From Thermoplasmatota archaeon (GTDB taxonomy: Archaea; Thermoplasmatota; E2; UBA202; DSCA01), in contig JBNGDQ010000002.1 of assembly GCA_049975285.1 (NCBI GenBank), positions 1 to 34,936 of the forward strand: DNA of 34,936 bases, given 5' to 3'. Each line of letters opens with the position of its first letter. Within the stretch, counting starts at the first letter, position 1. The notes under the pieces are model-generated. The model ran no database searches, had not been told where the DNA came from, and was given only the letters and a program-made list of their open reading frames with translations. The position numbers and the translations under genes were made by a program. Positions 1 to 8,313 of the stretch are shown in pieces.

Positions 1-1
1 C

Positions 2-76
2 GACCGCGTCGTCGACCGCATCGTGTCCTTCAAAGAGTTCGCGGCCATGGTGTCCTCCCGCCTCACCGACATCTGA
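2..76 (+). CDS. 3' end of an unidentified CDS entering from upstream of the window
   Basis: Open frame from the window edge (...DRVVDRIVSFKEFAAMVSSRLTDI) ending at TGA 74-76. Too short to assign a family. Confidence 0.3.
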   Translation, partial: DRVVDRIVSFKEFAAMVSSRLTDI

Positions 77-147
77 CCCGGGAAGCCCGAAGAAATGCTG
101 CAGGATTATCGAGAGGCAGCCACTCTTTACGGAACAAGTACGGCGTA

Positions 148-1581
148 TTATATCGGCATCATTGTACCACGCAGGTCAGCCCGGGCCGGTTCATGCTCAG
201 CGAGATAGCGACGGAGCGCTTCAATCGCATCTATCTTCAGGTCCTGCCGGTTGCTGCCATACTGGTCTGGCACGCCCTGCACGGTGATATAGCAGGCGGT
301 GTAGGTGTCGTCGTTCTCAATGCGGCGGCCGCCAACGAAGAGCTCCTCGATGCGATGCCCGGCCGGATTTTCTACTTTGATGTAGGCAGTGAGACCGAGG
401 CAGCGTTTCACGTAGCCGCCCATCTGTTCATATGGATTGCGGGAAAATGTCAACTCTAGGTCCTCCTCGAGCATGTGTCGAAGTTCCACGCCGGATAGCT
501 CGCAGGTGGACACCGGCGGGTTGGTGGGCACGATGTTCCACAGGTCATTCATGGTTACATTTCCCGGGGGGACAGGGGCCCCGTACCGCCAGCCGTTGGA
601 AAACGCAACCTCAGCCTGACTTGCTTCCTGCATGGCCTGCAGTAGAAGGTTGTCCATCGTGGTCTCCATCACCCGGTTCCGGGTGAGCGGCGTCGCCGTG
701 CGCCCGACGACCTCGTCGAGCAGGTCTCGATGTGGCTCAACTGCCTCATCCACCAGCTCGGCTACCCGGTCGTCGGGCTCAATCGATGCATCGATCTCGA
801 TGAGAGCATGTTCGTAGCCCTGCACGCCGTCGTCGACGAGCAGGTCCAGCCGGCCAACGAACGAGCCGTGGGAACCAGACTGCATGAGCAAGGTGCCGTT
901 TACCATCGCTGGACGATGCAGCCGGTTATGGGTGTGACCGCTCACCAGCACGTCGATGTCGTCCACATCGGCAGCCAGCTGCAGTTCCTGCGGGAGCCCT
1001 AGATGCGACAGAACAATGACGAGGTCGGCTCGTTCCTCATTCCGCGCTCTCTCGATGATGAGGGGGAGCTCGTCCCGGCCGAGCGTGAACGAGATACCGG
1101 AGCTGAACGACGCAGGCATGGTCTTGTCCACGATGGTCGCCGCAACGCCAATGATTGCTATGCGGAGCCCGTTGCGCTCCACCATCCGATACGGCGGAAA
1201 TACTCGTTCACGGGTGCCCTCCCGATAGCAGTTCACGGCCAGCAGGGGATAGTCAAGCTGCCCGGCGAGCTCCCGGACACGCTCGGGGCCGTAGGCGAAC
1301 TCCCAGTGACCGGTCATCGCGTCGAACTCGAGTTCGTTGAGGATCGGTATGAGAGCAGCCCCATGGCTCTCCACCGCGGGATACGTGCCATGGAACGTGT
1401 CGCCGTTGTCCAGCGCGATGATCTGGCGTTCCGCTCGTATCTGCTTGAACAGCGTGGCGATGCGGGCGTAGCCCCCGGCCTGCCGGTAGACCTCTCGTCC
1501 CTGCTCCCGGAATAGTTCCACGTGCGGGCGGAGGTATGCATGGCTGTCGTTGATCTGCAGGATGGTGAGGTGTCGTGCCAC
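148..1581 (-). CDS. Bifunctional metallophosphatase / 5'-nucleotidase family protein (cytoplasmic; no signal peptide)
   Basis: 477-aa ORF. Calcineurin-like phosphoesterase motifs LQINDSH, NGDTFHG, GHWEF, SHLG and SGHTHN, followed by a 5'-nucleotidase-type C-terminal domain. GTG start with GGAGG (1589-1593, read on the minus strand) 7 nt upstream. Confidence 0.8.
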   Translation of the reverse strand: MARHLTILQINDSHAYLRPHVELFREQGREVYRQAGGYARIATLFKQIRAERQIIALDNGDTFHGTYPAVESHGAALIPILNELEFDAMTGHWEFAYGPERVRELAGQLDYPLLAVNCYREGTRERVFPPYRMVERNGLRIAIIGVAATIVDKTMPASFSSGISFTLGRDELPLIIERARNEERADLVIVLSHLGLPQELQLAADVDDIDVLVSGHTHNRLHRPAMVNGTLLMQSGSHGSFVGRLDLLVDDGVQGYEHALIEIDASIEPDDRVAELVDEAVEPHRDLLDEVVGRTATPLTRNRVMETTMDNLLLQAMQEASQAEVAFSNGWRYGAPVPPGNVTMNDLWNIVPTNPPVSTCELSGVELRHMLEEDLELTFSRNPYEQMGGYVKRCLGLTAYIKVENPAGHRIEELFVGGRRIENDDTYTACYITVQGVPDQYGSNRQDLKIDAIEALRRYLAEHEPARADLRGTMMPI

Positions 1582-1612
1582 TGTCCAGCCTCCATCATAT
1601 CAACGGCGGGCG

Positions 1613-1621
1613 CATTAAAAG
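1613..1621 (-). promoter_or_regulatory. TATA-like box (CTTTTAATG on the minus strand) for the nucleotidase gene
   Basis: AT-rich 9-mer in a GC-rich divergent intergenic region, about 36 nt upstream of GTG 1581. It is followed by an SD, so a short leader is expected. Confidence 0.4.
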
Positions 1622-1642
1622 CCTTCCGTCGAAGAGGAGAAT

Positions 1643-1651
1643 CATTAAAAG
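1643..1651 (+). promoter_or_regulatory. TATA-like box CATTAAAAG for the peptidase gene
   Basis: Exact direct copy of the 1613-1621 9-mer, 30 bp downstream of it. Centred about 25 nt upstream of ATG 1672 (leaderless-type spacing). Confidence 0.45.
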
Positions 1652-1671
1652 GCGACAGGAGTTTCCCTGCC

Positions 1672-2781
1672 ATGAAACAGGCATTTGCCCTGCTCGTCGT
1701 CGCGTCGCTTCTCATGCTTCCATCCGGGGTTGCCTCCGTTGCACCGGCAGCATCATCTGCCAGTGAAGAGATAGGACTGCCGGATACGTTCAGCTGGCGG
1801 GACATCGATGGCATCGACTATACCACGGGCGTCAAAAACCAGGAGCCCTGCCCGAGTTGCGAGGCCTATGCTTTATGTGCCGCGATGGAGACCATGATGC
1901 AGTATCAGCTCGGTGAGCGGTTCAACCCGGACCTGTCGGAGGCGCATCTCTTTTTCTGCGCCGGTGGCACCTGTGAATGGGGGGTCAACGTCACCGACGC
2001 GGCCGACTACCTCGTGGAACATGGCGTACCCGATGAGGGGTGCTTCCCGGACCCGCATCGCCGCGGTGATCAGTCCTGCAATGATACGCTGCCGGGCTGG
2101 CAGAACCGGACCGTAAAAATCCAGGAGTGGGGGTGGGTTCCCCGTGACGAGACAGCCATCAAGGAGGCGCTCATCGAGCATGGGCCGCTGACCATCTGTA
2201 TCTGGGTGTACAAGGACTTCATGTCCTACAATGGCGGTGTCTACGAACATCGGTGGGGGCGGCTGGAGGGCGGTCACCTGGTCACCCTGATGGGATATGA
2301 CGATGACATGGAGGCCTGGCTGGTCAAGAACAGTTGGGGAAGCAATTGGGGCGACGAGGGCTGGTTCTGGATGGGATACGACATGGATATGTTCATCCCG
2401 GGTTGCTACGGGGGTACTGGCATCATGTACATCGACGGCGTCTACGGCACGTTCCAGCCGGACGTACCGCGCGTGTACATCGAGCAACCACGACGCTACC
2501 ACAGCTACCTCCTCGGCCATGAATTTCCCGCTATATTTGGGCGGGCGCTGCTGCAGATAGGTATGCCGCGGGTCTATGGCCATGCGGTGGTTACGGTTGA
2601 CGCGGACAACACGGAGCGCGTTGATTTCTACCTGGACGGCATGCCGCGGTACACGGATAGCACGGCACCATATTCCTGGCGGCTGGATGTCCTGCCCGGC
2701 CGGCATACTGTGGAGGTGTACGCCTACAGCGACGAGGGAAACGTCTCCCGGGACGTCGTCGACGTGTTCGTGGTGCTGTAG
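1672..2781 (+). CDS. Secreted papain-family (C1A) cysteine peptidase with a C-terminal Ig-like beta-sandwich domain
   Basis: Signal peptide MKQAFALLVVASLLMLPSGVASVAPA. Mature-type N-terminus LPDTFSWRD. Gln/Cys block VKNQEPCPSCEAYA (Cys codon 1858-1860). His block GGHLVTLMGYDD. Asn block VKNSWGSNWGDEGWFWM. C-terminal domain VDFYLDGMPRYTDSTAPYSWRLDVLPGRHTVEVYAYSDEGN. The track ORF starts at 1522, but that extension overlaps the divergent gene. ATG 1672 has the TATA spacing. Confidence 0.8.
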   Translation: MKQAFALLVVASLLMLPSGVASVAPAASSASEEIGLPDTFSWRDIDGIDYTTGVKNQEPCPSCEAYALCAAMETMMQYQLGERFNPDLSEAHLFFCAGGTCEWGVNVTDAADYLVEHGVPDEGCFPDPHRRGDQSCNDTLPGWQNRTVKIQEWGWVPRDETAIKEALIEHGPLTICIWVYKDFMSYNGGVYEHRWGRLEGGHLVTLMGYDDDMEAWLVKNSWGSNWGDEGWFWMGYDMDMFIPGCYGGTGIMYIDGVYGTFQPDVPRVYIEQPRRYHSYLLGHEFPAIFGRALLQIGMPRVYGHAVVTVDADNTERVDFYLDGMPRYTDSTAPYSWRLDVLPGRHTVEVYAYSDEGNVSRDVVDVFVVL

Positions 2782-2805
2782 CGGCTCTCTTCGACGATTG
2801 AACGG

Positions 2806-2821
2806 AAATATATATTAAAAA
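2806..2821 (+). promoter_or_regulatory. TATA-like box AAATATATATTAAAAA for the lipase gene
   Basis: The only AT-rich stretch in the 60-bp intergenic region. Centred about 29 nt upstream of ATG 2842. Confidence 0.45.
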
Positions 2822-2841
2822 CCGGGATGTTGTAGCAGATA

Positions 2842-4449
2842 ATGGATGGCACATGGAAGGCCGGTCTTGTATTCATCGTGGTCGCTCTCGGGCTCGTTGT
2901 CTCGACCATCGCCTACAACTGGTATCACTCCGACAGCGGCAGCGATGTAGCGGGCTCGCTCGAGCTTTCCCCGGCTACCTTTACACTGGATGAGGGTGCA
3001 TCCATCCAGTTGAATCTCTCCTTTGTCATGGAGGATGGTACACCAATCGCTACAGCGGTATCGTGGAACATAAACGCCTCAGGGGGAACGGGAGCGCTCC
3101 GCTGCGCCGCTGAAACCAATGCCTCGGGTCGGCTCACGGCAACCTATGAGGCCCCGGCAGACGTTGACGTTCGCAGTCACGCGGTAACCATCGAGGCGCG
3201 CGCCGTCTGGGAGCGAGAAACCTATGTAGCCCGGGCCCAGGGGATTATCACGCCCACGGTGCATGAGACCGCGGTCACGGTTTCCTCGGAACGCGGCACG
3301 ATGACAGCTGGGGAGACGGTTCTGTTCACGGCCACGCTCCGCACGCGTATCGATGGACGCTGGCAGTCGCTGGCCGGGCAGCCGCTCTCCTGGACTTTTT
3401 TTGATCAGCGGGGAAGCGAGCTGCAGCCGCTGCGTACGGGCACCACTGTTACGAATACCGCCGGGAAAGCCACGGTTCCTTTTTTTATCTCTGACGTGAA
3501 TGAAACCATGGAGGTGCTCTGCTGGGTGCGAATGGCTGAAAACCTGAGCGGCGACCGAGAATTTGAGGGTTGCGATTGTACCACGACGCTGGAGGTGCAG
3601 CCTGAAACGGCGGGAACTTATCCCGTCGTGCTCATCCATGGATGGGTGGGCTCGGTGAGCAACAGTCTCCTCAACTTTACCTGGTGGAATCTCACCCAGA
3701 AGCTGCAGCTGCATGGCTATGACGTCCTCGACTTTGATACCAGTACGCCTGGCATCCAGTATCTCCGGTATTCTCCCGGCTGGGATGACCATCACATTCC
3801 CTGGGTTGCTGCCCGGGTCAGCGATGCCATCCGGCATGCACTGGTCATGAACGGGTACAGCCCGGATCAGACGTTCGACGTCGTGGCGCACAGTATGGGT
3901 GGCCTCATCGCCCGGTTCATGGCGGAGCATCCCAACGCGGACGTGGACTACTGGAATAGCTCGTGGCAGCCGGGCGACGAGGGAACGCCGTGGTACGGTG
4001 ATGGTGATGTCGACGTGTTCATCGGCGGCCGGCAGATAGATGACCTCATCATGGTGGGGACCCCGAATCATGGTGTCCCGCCCAATATCGACGAGGAACT
4101 CCTTGACGTGCTGAGCTATCTCCCTATTCCCTGGTGGGCTTGCCAGACGCAGGATATGGTGTATCACTCCAAGTTCCTGGAGGCCATGGGCTACACGGGT
4201 TGCGACATTGTGGACTATTACGCCGTGGGCACCGACATCGGGTTCCCTATCGGGGAGCCGCAGGATTTCGATGGTGACGGCGTGAATCATACCACGGATG
4301 GATTGGTCCCCACGGAGAGTGCCTATCTGGAAGGGCATCCATTGTTCATCCAGACGGGAAAAGCATGGCCGATGGGCGACGATGACCACATCTCTCAAAT
4401 CGCGATCAACGACAATGTACACCAGTACATCATCGAACATCTCTCATAA
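2842..4449 (+). CDS. Membrane-anchored extracellular lipase/esterase (alpha/beta hydrolase) with N-terminal Ig-like repeats
   Basis: N-terminal signal-anchor GLVFIVVALGLVVSTIAY. About 230 aa of beta-rich, Big-like sequence. Then YPVVLIHGWVGS (oxyanion region) and the nucleophile elbow VVAHSMGGLIARF (GXSXG; Ser codon 3892-3894), as in class 2 / LipA-type lipases. Confidence 0.7.
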   Translation: MDGTWKAGLVFIVVALGLVVSTIAYNWYHSDSGSDVAGSLELSPATFTLDEGASIQLNLSFVMEDGTPIATAVSWNINASGGTGALRCAAETNASGRLTATYEAPADVDVRSHAVTIEARAVWERETYVARAQGIITPTVHETAVTVSSERGTMTAGETVLFTATLRTRIDGRWQSLAGQPLSWTFFDQRGSELQPLRTGTTVTNTAGKATVPFFISDVNETMEVLCWVRMAENLSGDREFEGCDCTTTLEVQPETAGTYPVVLIHGWVGSVSNSLLNFTWWNLTQKLQLHGYDVLDFDTSTPGIQYLRYSPGWDDHHIPWVAARVSDAIRHALVMNGYSPDQTFDVVAHSMGGLIARFMAEHPNADVDYWNSSWQPGDEGTPWYGDGDVDVFIGGRQIDDLIMVGTPNHGVPPNIDEELLDVLSYLPIPWWACQTQDMVYHSKFLEAMGYTGCDIVDYYAVGTDIGFPIGEPQDFDGDGVNHTTDGLVPTESAYLEGHPLFIQTGKAWPMGDDDHISQIAINDNVHQYIIEHLS

Positions 4450-4480
4450 AACGGGCATCCAGAAGGATTCAAACATCGCC

Positions 4481-4495
4481 AAAATTATTAAATAA
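4481..4495 (+). promoter_or_regulatory. TATA-like box AAAATTATTAAATAA for the DUF1614-Lhr unit
   Basis: AT-rich box centred about 26 nt upstream of ATG 4514. Confidence 0.45.
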
Positions 4496-4513
4496 CCAGG
4501 CAGTTAGCCAGCC

Positions 4514-5197
4514 ATGCGGCTTCGGGCACCCTCCAGCCTGTTCTTTCTCTTCCTGGCGCTGCCTCTCCTAGTCATGCTGTTCGTCCTGTTCTTCGTGGGT
4601 GCCATCAATGAGGTGTTCCAGGTGCTCGGGTTTCCTCCCTGGGCGGCTATCGTGCTGCTCTTCGGGGTGCTCCTTGGGAGCTTTGTTAACATCCCCGTGT
4701 GGACGGTGGCAAGCCAGCAGGAAAGGGTCACCTATGATACCTCCCGGTTTCCCTTCCGGCCAGTGAAACACGTCTCGGAGGGGGAAACGACCATCAACCT
4801 TAATTTTGGCGGTGCCGTCATCCCCATCGCTATTTCAGGGTTTCTGCTCGTGCGGCTGCCCGTCGCTCTGTATCCCCATACGCTGGCCGCAACCATTGTC
4901 GTCGCTGTGGTGTGTTACAAGCTGGCCCGCCCGGTCAAGGGAATGGGCATCGTCCTGCCGGGGCTCATCCCGCCGGTGCTGGCATCGCTGCTGGCCGTCA
5001 TCGTGGCTCCGCAGGGGCAGGCAGCCGTCGTGGCCTTCGTAGCAGGAGTCATCGGGGTGCTCGTGGGCGCCGATCTGTTGAACCTGCCGAAGCTCGCGGA
5101 TATCGGAGCTCGGGCGGCCTCCATCGGCGGCGCTGGCACGTTCGACGGTATCTTTCTCACCGGTATTCTCTCCGTAGTCCTGGTCGCGATACTATGA
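4514..5197 (+). CDS. Multi-pass integral membrane protein, DUF1614-like (family name recalled from memory, not verified)
   Basis: 227-aa ORF with about 6 hydrophobic helices and a short loop DTSRFPFRPVKHVSEGETTINLNFGGAVIPI. Its stop TGA 5195-5197 overlaps the helicase ATG 5194-5196 (ATGA). Confidence 0.55.
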   Translation: MRLRAPSSLFFLFLALPLLVMLFVLFFVGAINEVFQVLGFPPWAAIVLLFGVLLGSFVNIPVWTVASQQERVTYDTSRFPFRPVKHVSEGETTINLNFGGAVIPIAISGFLLVRLPVALYPHTLAATIVVAVVCYKLARPVKGMGIVLPGLIPPVLASLLAVIVAPQGQAAVVAFVAGVIGVLVGADLLNLPKLADIGARAASIGGAGTFDGIFLTGILSVVLVAIL

Positions 5198-7860
5198 AGG
5201 AAGAGCTGCACCCCATGCTCCAGGAGGTCATGCACCGGGAGGGACTCAAGGAGCTGACGGAGCCACAGCGCCAGGCTTTGCCGTCACTGCTGCGAGGTGA
5301 CAACTGTCTCATCATTGCGCCGACGGGCATGGGGAAGACCGAGGCGGCTCTGATACCTCTCTTCCAGCGCCTGCTCGATGAGGGCACGGCGACGGGCATC
5401 AGTCTGCTCTACGTGACGCCGCTGCGGGCGCTCAACCGGGACATGCTCCGCCGGACGCTGTCGTGGGGCGAACAGTTAGGCATCGACATCGCCGTCCGGC
5501 ATGGTGATACCACCCGGAAGGAGCGACGGCGGCAGTCGCTGCATCCCCCCGACATGCTGATTACGACGCCGGAGACGGTGCAGATACTGTTCACGGGTTC
5601 CCGTCTCAGGAAGAGCTTGGAGGATGTCCGCTTCGTGGTCATCGACGAGGTGCACGAGCTGGCCAGCAGTGAACGTGGCGCGCAGCTCGCCGTCGCCCTG
5701 GAACGCATCGAGGCGATAGCCGGGGAGGTGCAGCGGGTCGGCCTGTCAGCGACCGTGGGCTCCCCCAACGAGGTAGCGAGATTTCTGAGTGGCGGGCGAC
5801 CGATTGAAATCATTGAGACGACGGGGGGCAAGGACATGGACATCGACGTGCTGCTCCCCGATGCTACCCCAGTAGACCATACACGGGCGGCGGAGCTGGG
5901 TATTGACCCCGGGATGGCTGCCGTCCTCCGCGTCATACAACAGTTGCTCGACGAGCACGTCTCCGTGTTGCTGTTCGTAAACACCCGGGATACGGCGGAG
6001 CTCCTTGGGGCGCACCTGCACGAGGTCGGCGCCTCCATAGAGGTGCATCATGGCTCCCTGTCAAAGGATACCCGCATCGCGGCGGAGGATGCCTTCAAGG
6101 CCGGAGAGGTCAAGGCACTCATCTGTACCTCGTCGCTGGAGCTGGGCATCGACGTCGGGCAGACTGATTTCGTGATCCAGTTCAACTCGCCTCGACAGGT
6201 GACCAGGCTGGTGCAACGCGTGGGCCGCAGCGAGCACCGCGCCGGGGCCACCGCCCGTGGCGCCATCATCGCCACCAATTCAGAGGACTACCTGGAGGCA
6301 AAGGTCATCGCGGAACGGACGATGCAGGGCGACCTGGAACCGACGCGCATCCGGAGTACCCCGTTGGCCGTCCTCGCAAACCAGATTATCTCCATCGCCG
6401 TGGAATACCGGTCCATCGAGAGCGAGCGGATGTACGAGATAGTGCAGGCTGCGACGCCGTTCCATGACCTGCCGCGGGAGACATTCAAAAAGGTGCTCCG
6501 GCAGCTGCACGAGCAGCGCATCCTCTGGTATGACGGCAGCAGCGTCAACCGGAAGCGGAAATCCCGGCAGTATTTCCTGGATAACATCTCCATGATCCCC
6601 GACGAGAAGAACGTCGACGTCGTCGACATGTCCGGCAACGAGCAGATTGGCACGCTGGATGAGAGCTTCGTCGTCGACTACTGCGAGCCGGGCGCCCAGT
6701 TCATCATGCGCGGTCGGACCTGGGAGGTCGTCGAGCGCGGGGAGACGCTCAAGGTAGCACCCGCCGGGCGAACGAGCATGACCCCGGACTGGTCGGGCGA
6801 GGAGATACCCGTTCCCTTCGAGATTGCCCGGGTCGTGGGATGGATGCGCCGCCGGGCCGCTGAGGGAGACGAGACAGATAGCATCACGAGCCAGCAGGTC
6901 AGGCAGCAGCAAAAAGATGGCTACGCGGTGCCCACGGATCGGCGGCTCACCATCGAGGTCGGCGAGGAGACCGTCTACATCTCGACGCATTTCGGCACGC
7001 GGACCAATGAAACCATCGGGCGGGTCGTGGCGTCGCTGCTGGCGCAGCGACTGGGGCAAAGCGTGGGCATGGACAGCGACAGCTACCGTATCTACCTCCG
7101 GATCGCACGGCCGATTCAGGCGTCGCTCGTACAGGAGGTACTGGACTCCATCGAGCCGGAAAGCCTGGAGGCCCTCATCCGGGTTATTCTCCGCCGGAGC
7201 TCGTTTATCCGGTGGGAGCTCATCAAGGTAGCCCGGAAGTTCGGGGTGCTCAGTAAGGATGCTGACCCCTACCTCCTGTCGCTCGACGCGCTCATGGATG
7301 TCTTCTCCGATATGCCGCTCATGGAGGAGGTGGTGGACCGGGTGATATGGGAGAAGATGGACGTAGAGCATGCGGAGCAGGTGCTCCGGGAGCTCCGCGA
7401 CGGCACGCTCGAGGTGCAGGTGCAGCATGTCTCGCCGATGTCCCTGCAGGGTGAATCGCCTAAAGGCGAGGTGCTCCGCCCCGGTGACGTCGACGCGGCG
7501 GTGCTCCGCTCGCTGGAGCAGCGGCTGATGAAAGCGCGGCTTACGCTGCGCTGCATGAACTGCGGGCATGAATGGCATAGCACGGTGCAGCGGGCATCAC
7601 TGCAGTGCCCGAAGTGCGGCAGCCGAATGGTTGCCGCCGCCCGGGGGAGCCTGGAGAACCGTCGTCACGATGAGCTGGTGAAGAGCGCGTCCCTGGTTGC
7701 CGAATATGGCAGGAAGGCCCTGCTGGTGCTGGCGGGTTACGGCGTCGGCCCCCGCACGGCGGCGCGCATTCTGGGGAAGCAGCTCGATGGCAACGCGCTG
7801 TTGAAGGAAATCCTGCAGGCTGAGATCATATATTCGCGGACGAGGCAGTTCTGGGATTAA
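5194..7860 (+). CDS. lhr: Lhr-family (COG1201-type) DEAD/DEAH-box ATP-dependent helicase
   Basis: 889 aa from ATG 5194. Motif I IIAPTGMGKTEAA, motif II VVIDEVHEL, motif III LSATVG, motif VI VQRVGRSEHR. An Lhr-type winged-helix/DEAD-associated region follows. C-terminal zinc ribbon CMNCGHEW..CPKCGS and HhH-like LAGYGVGPRTAARILG. The in-frame upstream extension to 4912 is an Arg/Gly-rich shadow over the DUF1614 gene. Confidence 0.85.
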   Translation: MKEELHPMLQEVMHREGLKELTEPQRQALPSLLRGDNCLIIAPTGMGKTEAALIPLFQRLLDEGTATGISLLYVTPLRALNRDMLRRTLSWGEQLGIDIAVRHGDTTRKERRRQSLHPPDMLITTPETVQILFTGSRLRKSLEDVRFVVIDEVHELASSERGAQLAVALERIEAIAGEVQRVGLSATVGSPNEVARFLSGGRPIEIIETTGGKDMDIDVLLPDATPVDHTRAAELGIDPGMAAVLRVIQQLLDEHVSVLLFVNTRDTAELLGAHLHEVGASIEVHHGSLSKDTRIAAEDAFKAGEVKALICTSSLELGIDVGQTDFVIQFNSPRQVTRLVQRVGRSEHRAGATARGAIIATNSEDYLEAKVIAERTMQGDLEPTRIRSTPLAVLANQIISIAVEYRSIESERMYEIVQAATPFHDLPRETFKKVLRQLHEQRILWYDGSSVNRKRKSRQYFLDNISMIPDEKNVDVVDMSGNEQIGTLDESFVVDYCEPGAQFIMRGRTWEVVERGETLKVAPAGRTSMTPDWSGEEIPVPFEIARVVGWMRRRAAEGDETDSITSQQVRQQQKDGYAVPTDRRLTIEVGEETVYISTHFGTRTNETIGRVVASLLAQRLGQSVGMDSDSYRIYLRIARPIQASLVQEVLDSIEPESLEALIRVILRRSSFIRWELIKVARKFGVLSKDADPYLLSLDALMDVFSDMPLMEEVVDRVIWEKMDVEHAEQVLRELRDGTLEVQVQHVSPMSLQGESPKGEVLRPGDVDAAVLRSLEQRLMKARLTLRCMNCGHEWHSTVQRASLQCPKCGSRMVAAARGSLENRRHDELVKSASLVAEYGRKALLVLAGYGVGPRTAARILGKQLDGNALLKEILQAEIIYSRTRQFWD

Positions 7861-7871
7861 AAGCTTTAAAT
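7856..7871 (+). promoter_or_regulatory. TATA-like element ATTAAAAGCTTTAAAT for the PPC-domain gene
   Basis: Contains the helicase stop TAA (7858-7860). Lies 20-35 nt upstream of ATG 7891. Confidence 0.4.
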
Positions 7872-7890
7872 GCCTGTGGGTTGCATCTGT

Positions 7891-8313
7891 ATGCAGGTGA
7901 AAGAGCAGGGTGACATCTATGTCGCCAAGTTTACAGATGGAGACGCGATTGAGAACCTGGAGGGACTCGTCCAACGCTACGATATCCATTCCGCGGTCAT
8001 TCTGTCGGGCATCGGCATGCTTGACCGGGCAACCATCGGCTACTATGACGGCACCGGGTACCACACGCATACGCTGGAGGAGCCCGCCGAACTGGTATCC
8101 ATGAACGGCAACATTGGACGCAAGCGAGGCAGCGGAGAGGTCGTCTGCCATATCCACGTGGCGCTTGCCGGCTCCGACCACCAGCTCATGGGCGGTCATC
8201 TTATGGGTGGCAGGGTCATGGTCGTCAACGAGATAGTGTTGCGGCGGCTCGATCCTACCGTGATTCACCGGGTGGAAAACGAGCAGGGGTTGCTGGAGAT
8301 GCAGTTGGAGTAG
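7891..8313 (+). CDS. PPC (DUF296) domain protein, putative DNA-binding
   Basis: DUF296-like pattern: GDIYVAKF...AVILSGIGML...VSMNGNI...VCHIHVALAGSDHQLMGGHLMGGRVMVVNEIVLRRL. The start could also be ATG 7870, but 7891 fits the TATA spacing. Confidence 0.65.
   Translation: MQVKEQGDIYVAKFTDGDAIENLEGLVQRYDIHSAVILSGIGMLDRATIGYYDGTGYHTHTLEEPAELVSMNGNIGRKRGSGEVVCHIHVALAGSDHQLMGGHLMGGRVMVVNEIVLRRLDPTVIHRVENEQGLLEMQLE

Noticed and set aside
77-147. The convergent intergenic region at the left edge, checked for a terminator hairpin or a small RNA.
   Set aside because: It has no T-tract, no convincing stem-loop and no conserved RNA motif. It is too short for an independent gene.
2779-2781. Possible pyrrolysine (TAG) recoding, given a possibly methanogen-related lineage.
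   Set aside because: TAG is used as an ordinary stop by at least seven well-delimited genes here: stop codons at 2779-2781, 8311-8313, 14216-14218, 14217-14219, 16936-16938, 19821-19823 and 34823-34825. Read-through of the peptidase TAG hits another stop after 19 codons and adds no domain. No methylamine methyltransferase or pyl genes are in the window.
4912-5193. An in-frame N-terminal extension of the helicase ORF, which the track shows as a 982-aa ORF starting at 4912.
   Set aside because: The extension overlaps the DUF1614-like gene in another frame and translates to Arg/Gly/Ala-rich filler. The helicase family N-terminus (MKEELHPML...LTEPQRQA) begins at ATG 5194, which forms the ATGA junction.
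5194-7860. The large helicase read as the core of a defence system (helicase-nuclease, DISARM/Hachimoji-like) or of a mobile element.
   Set aside because: The motifs and domain order fit the housekeeping Lhr/COG1201 family. No nuclease, methyltransferase, ATPase partner, integrase or flanking repeats are nearby. The neighbours are core metabolic genes.
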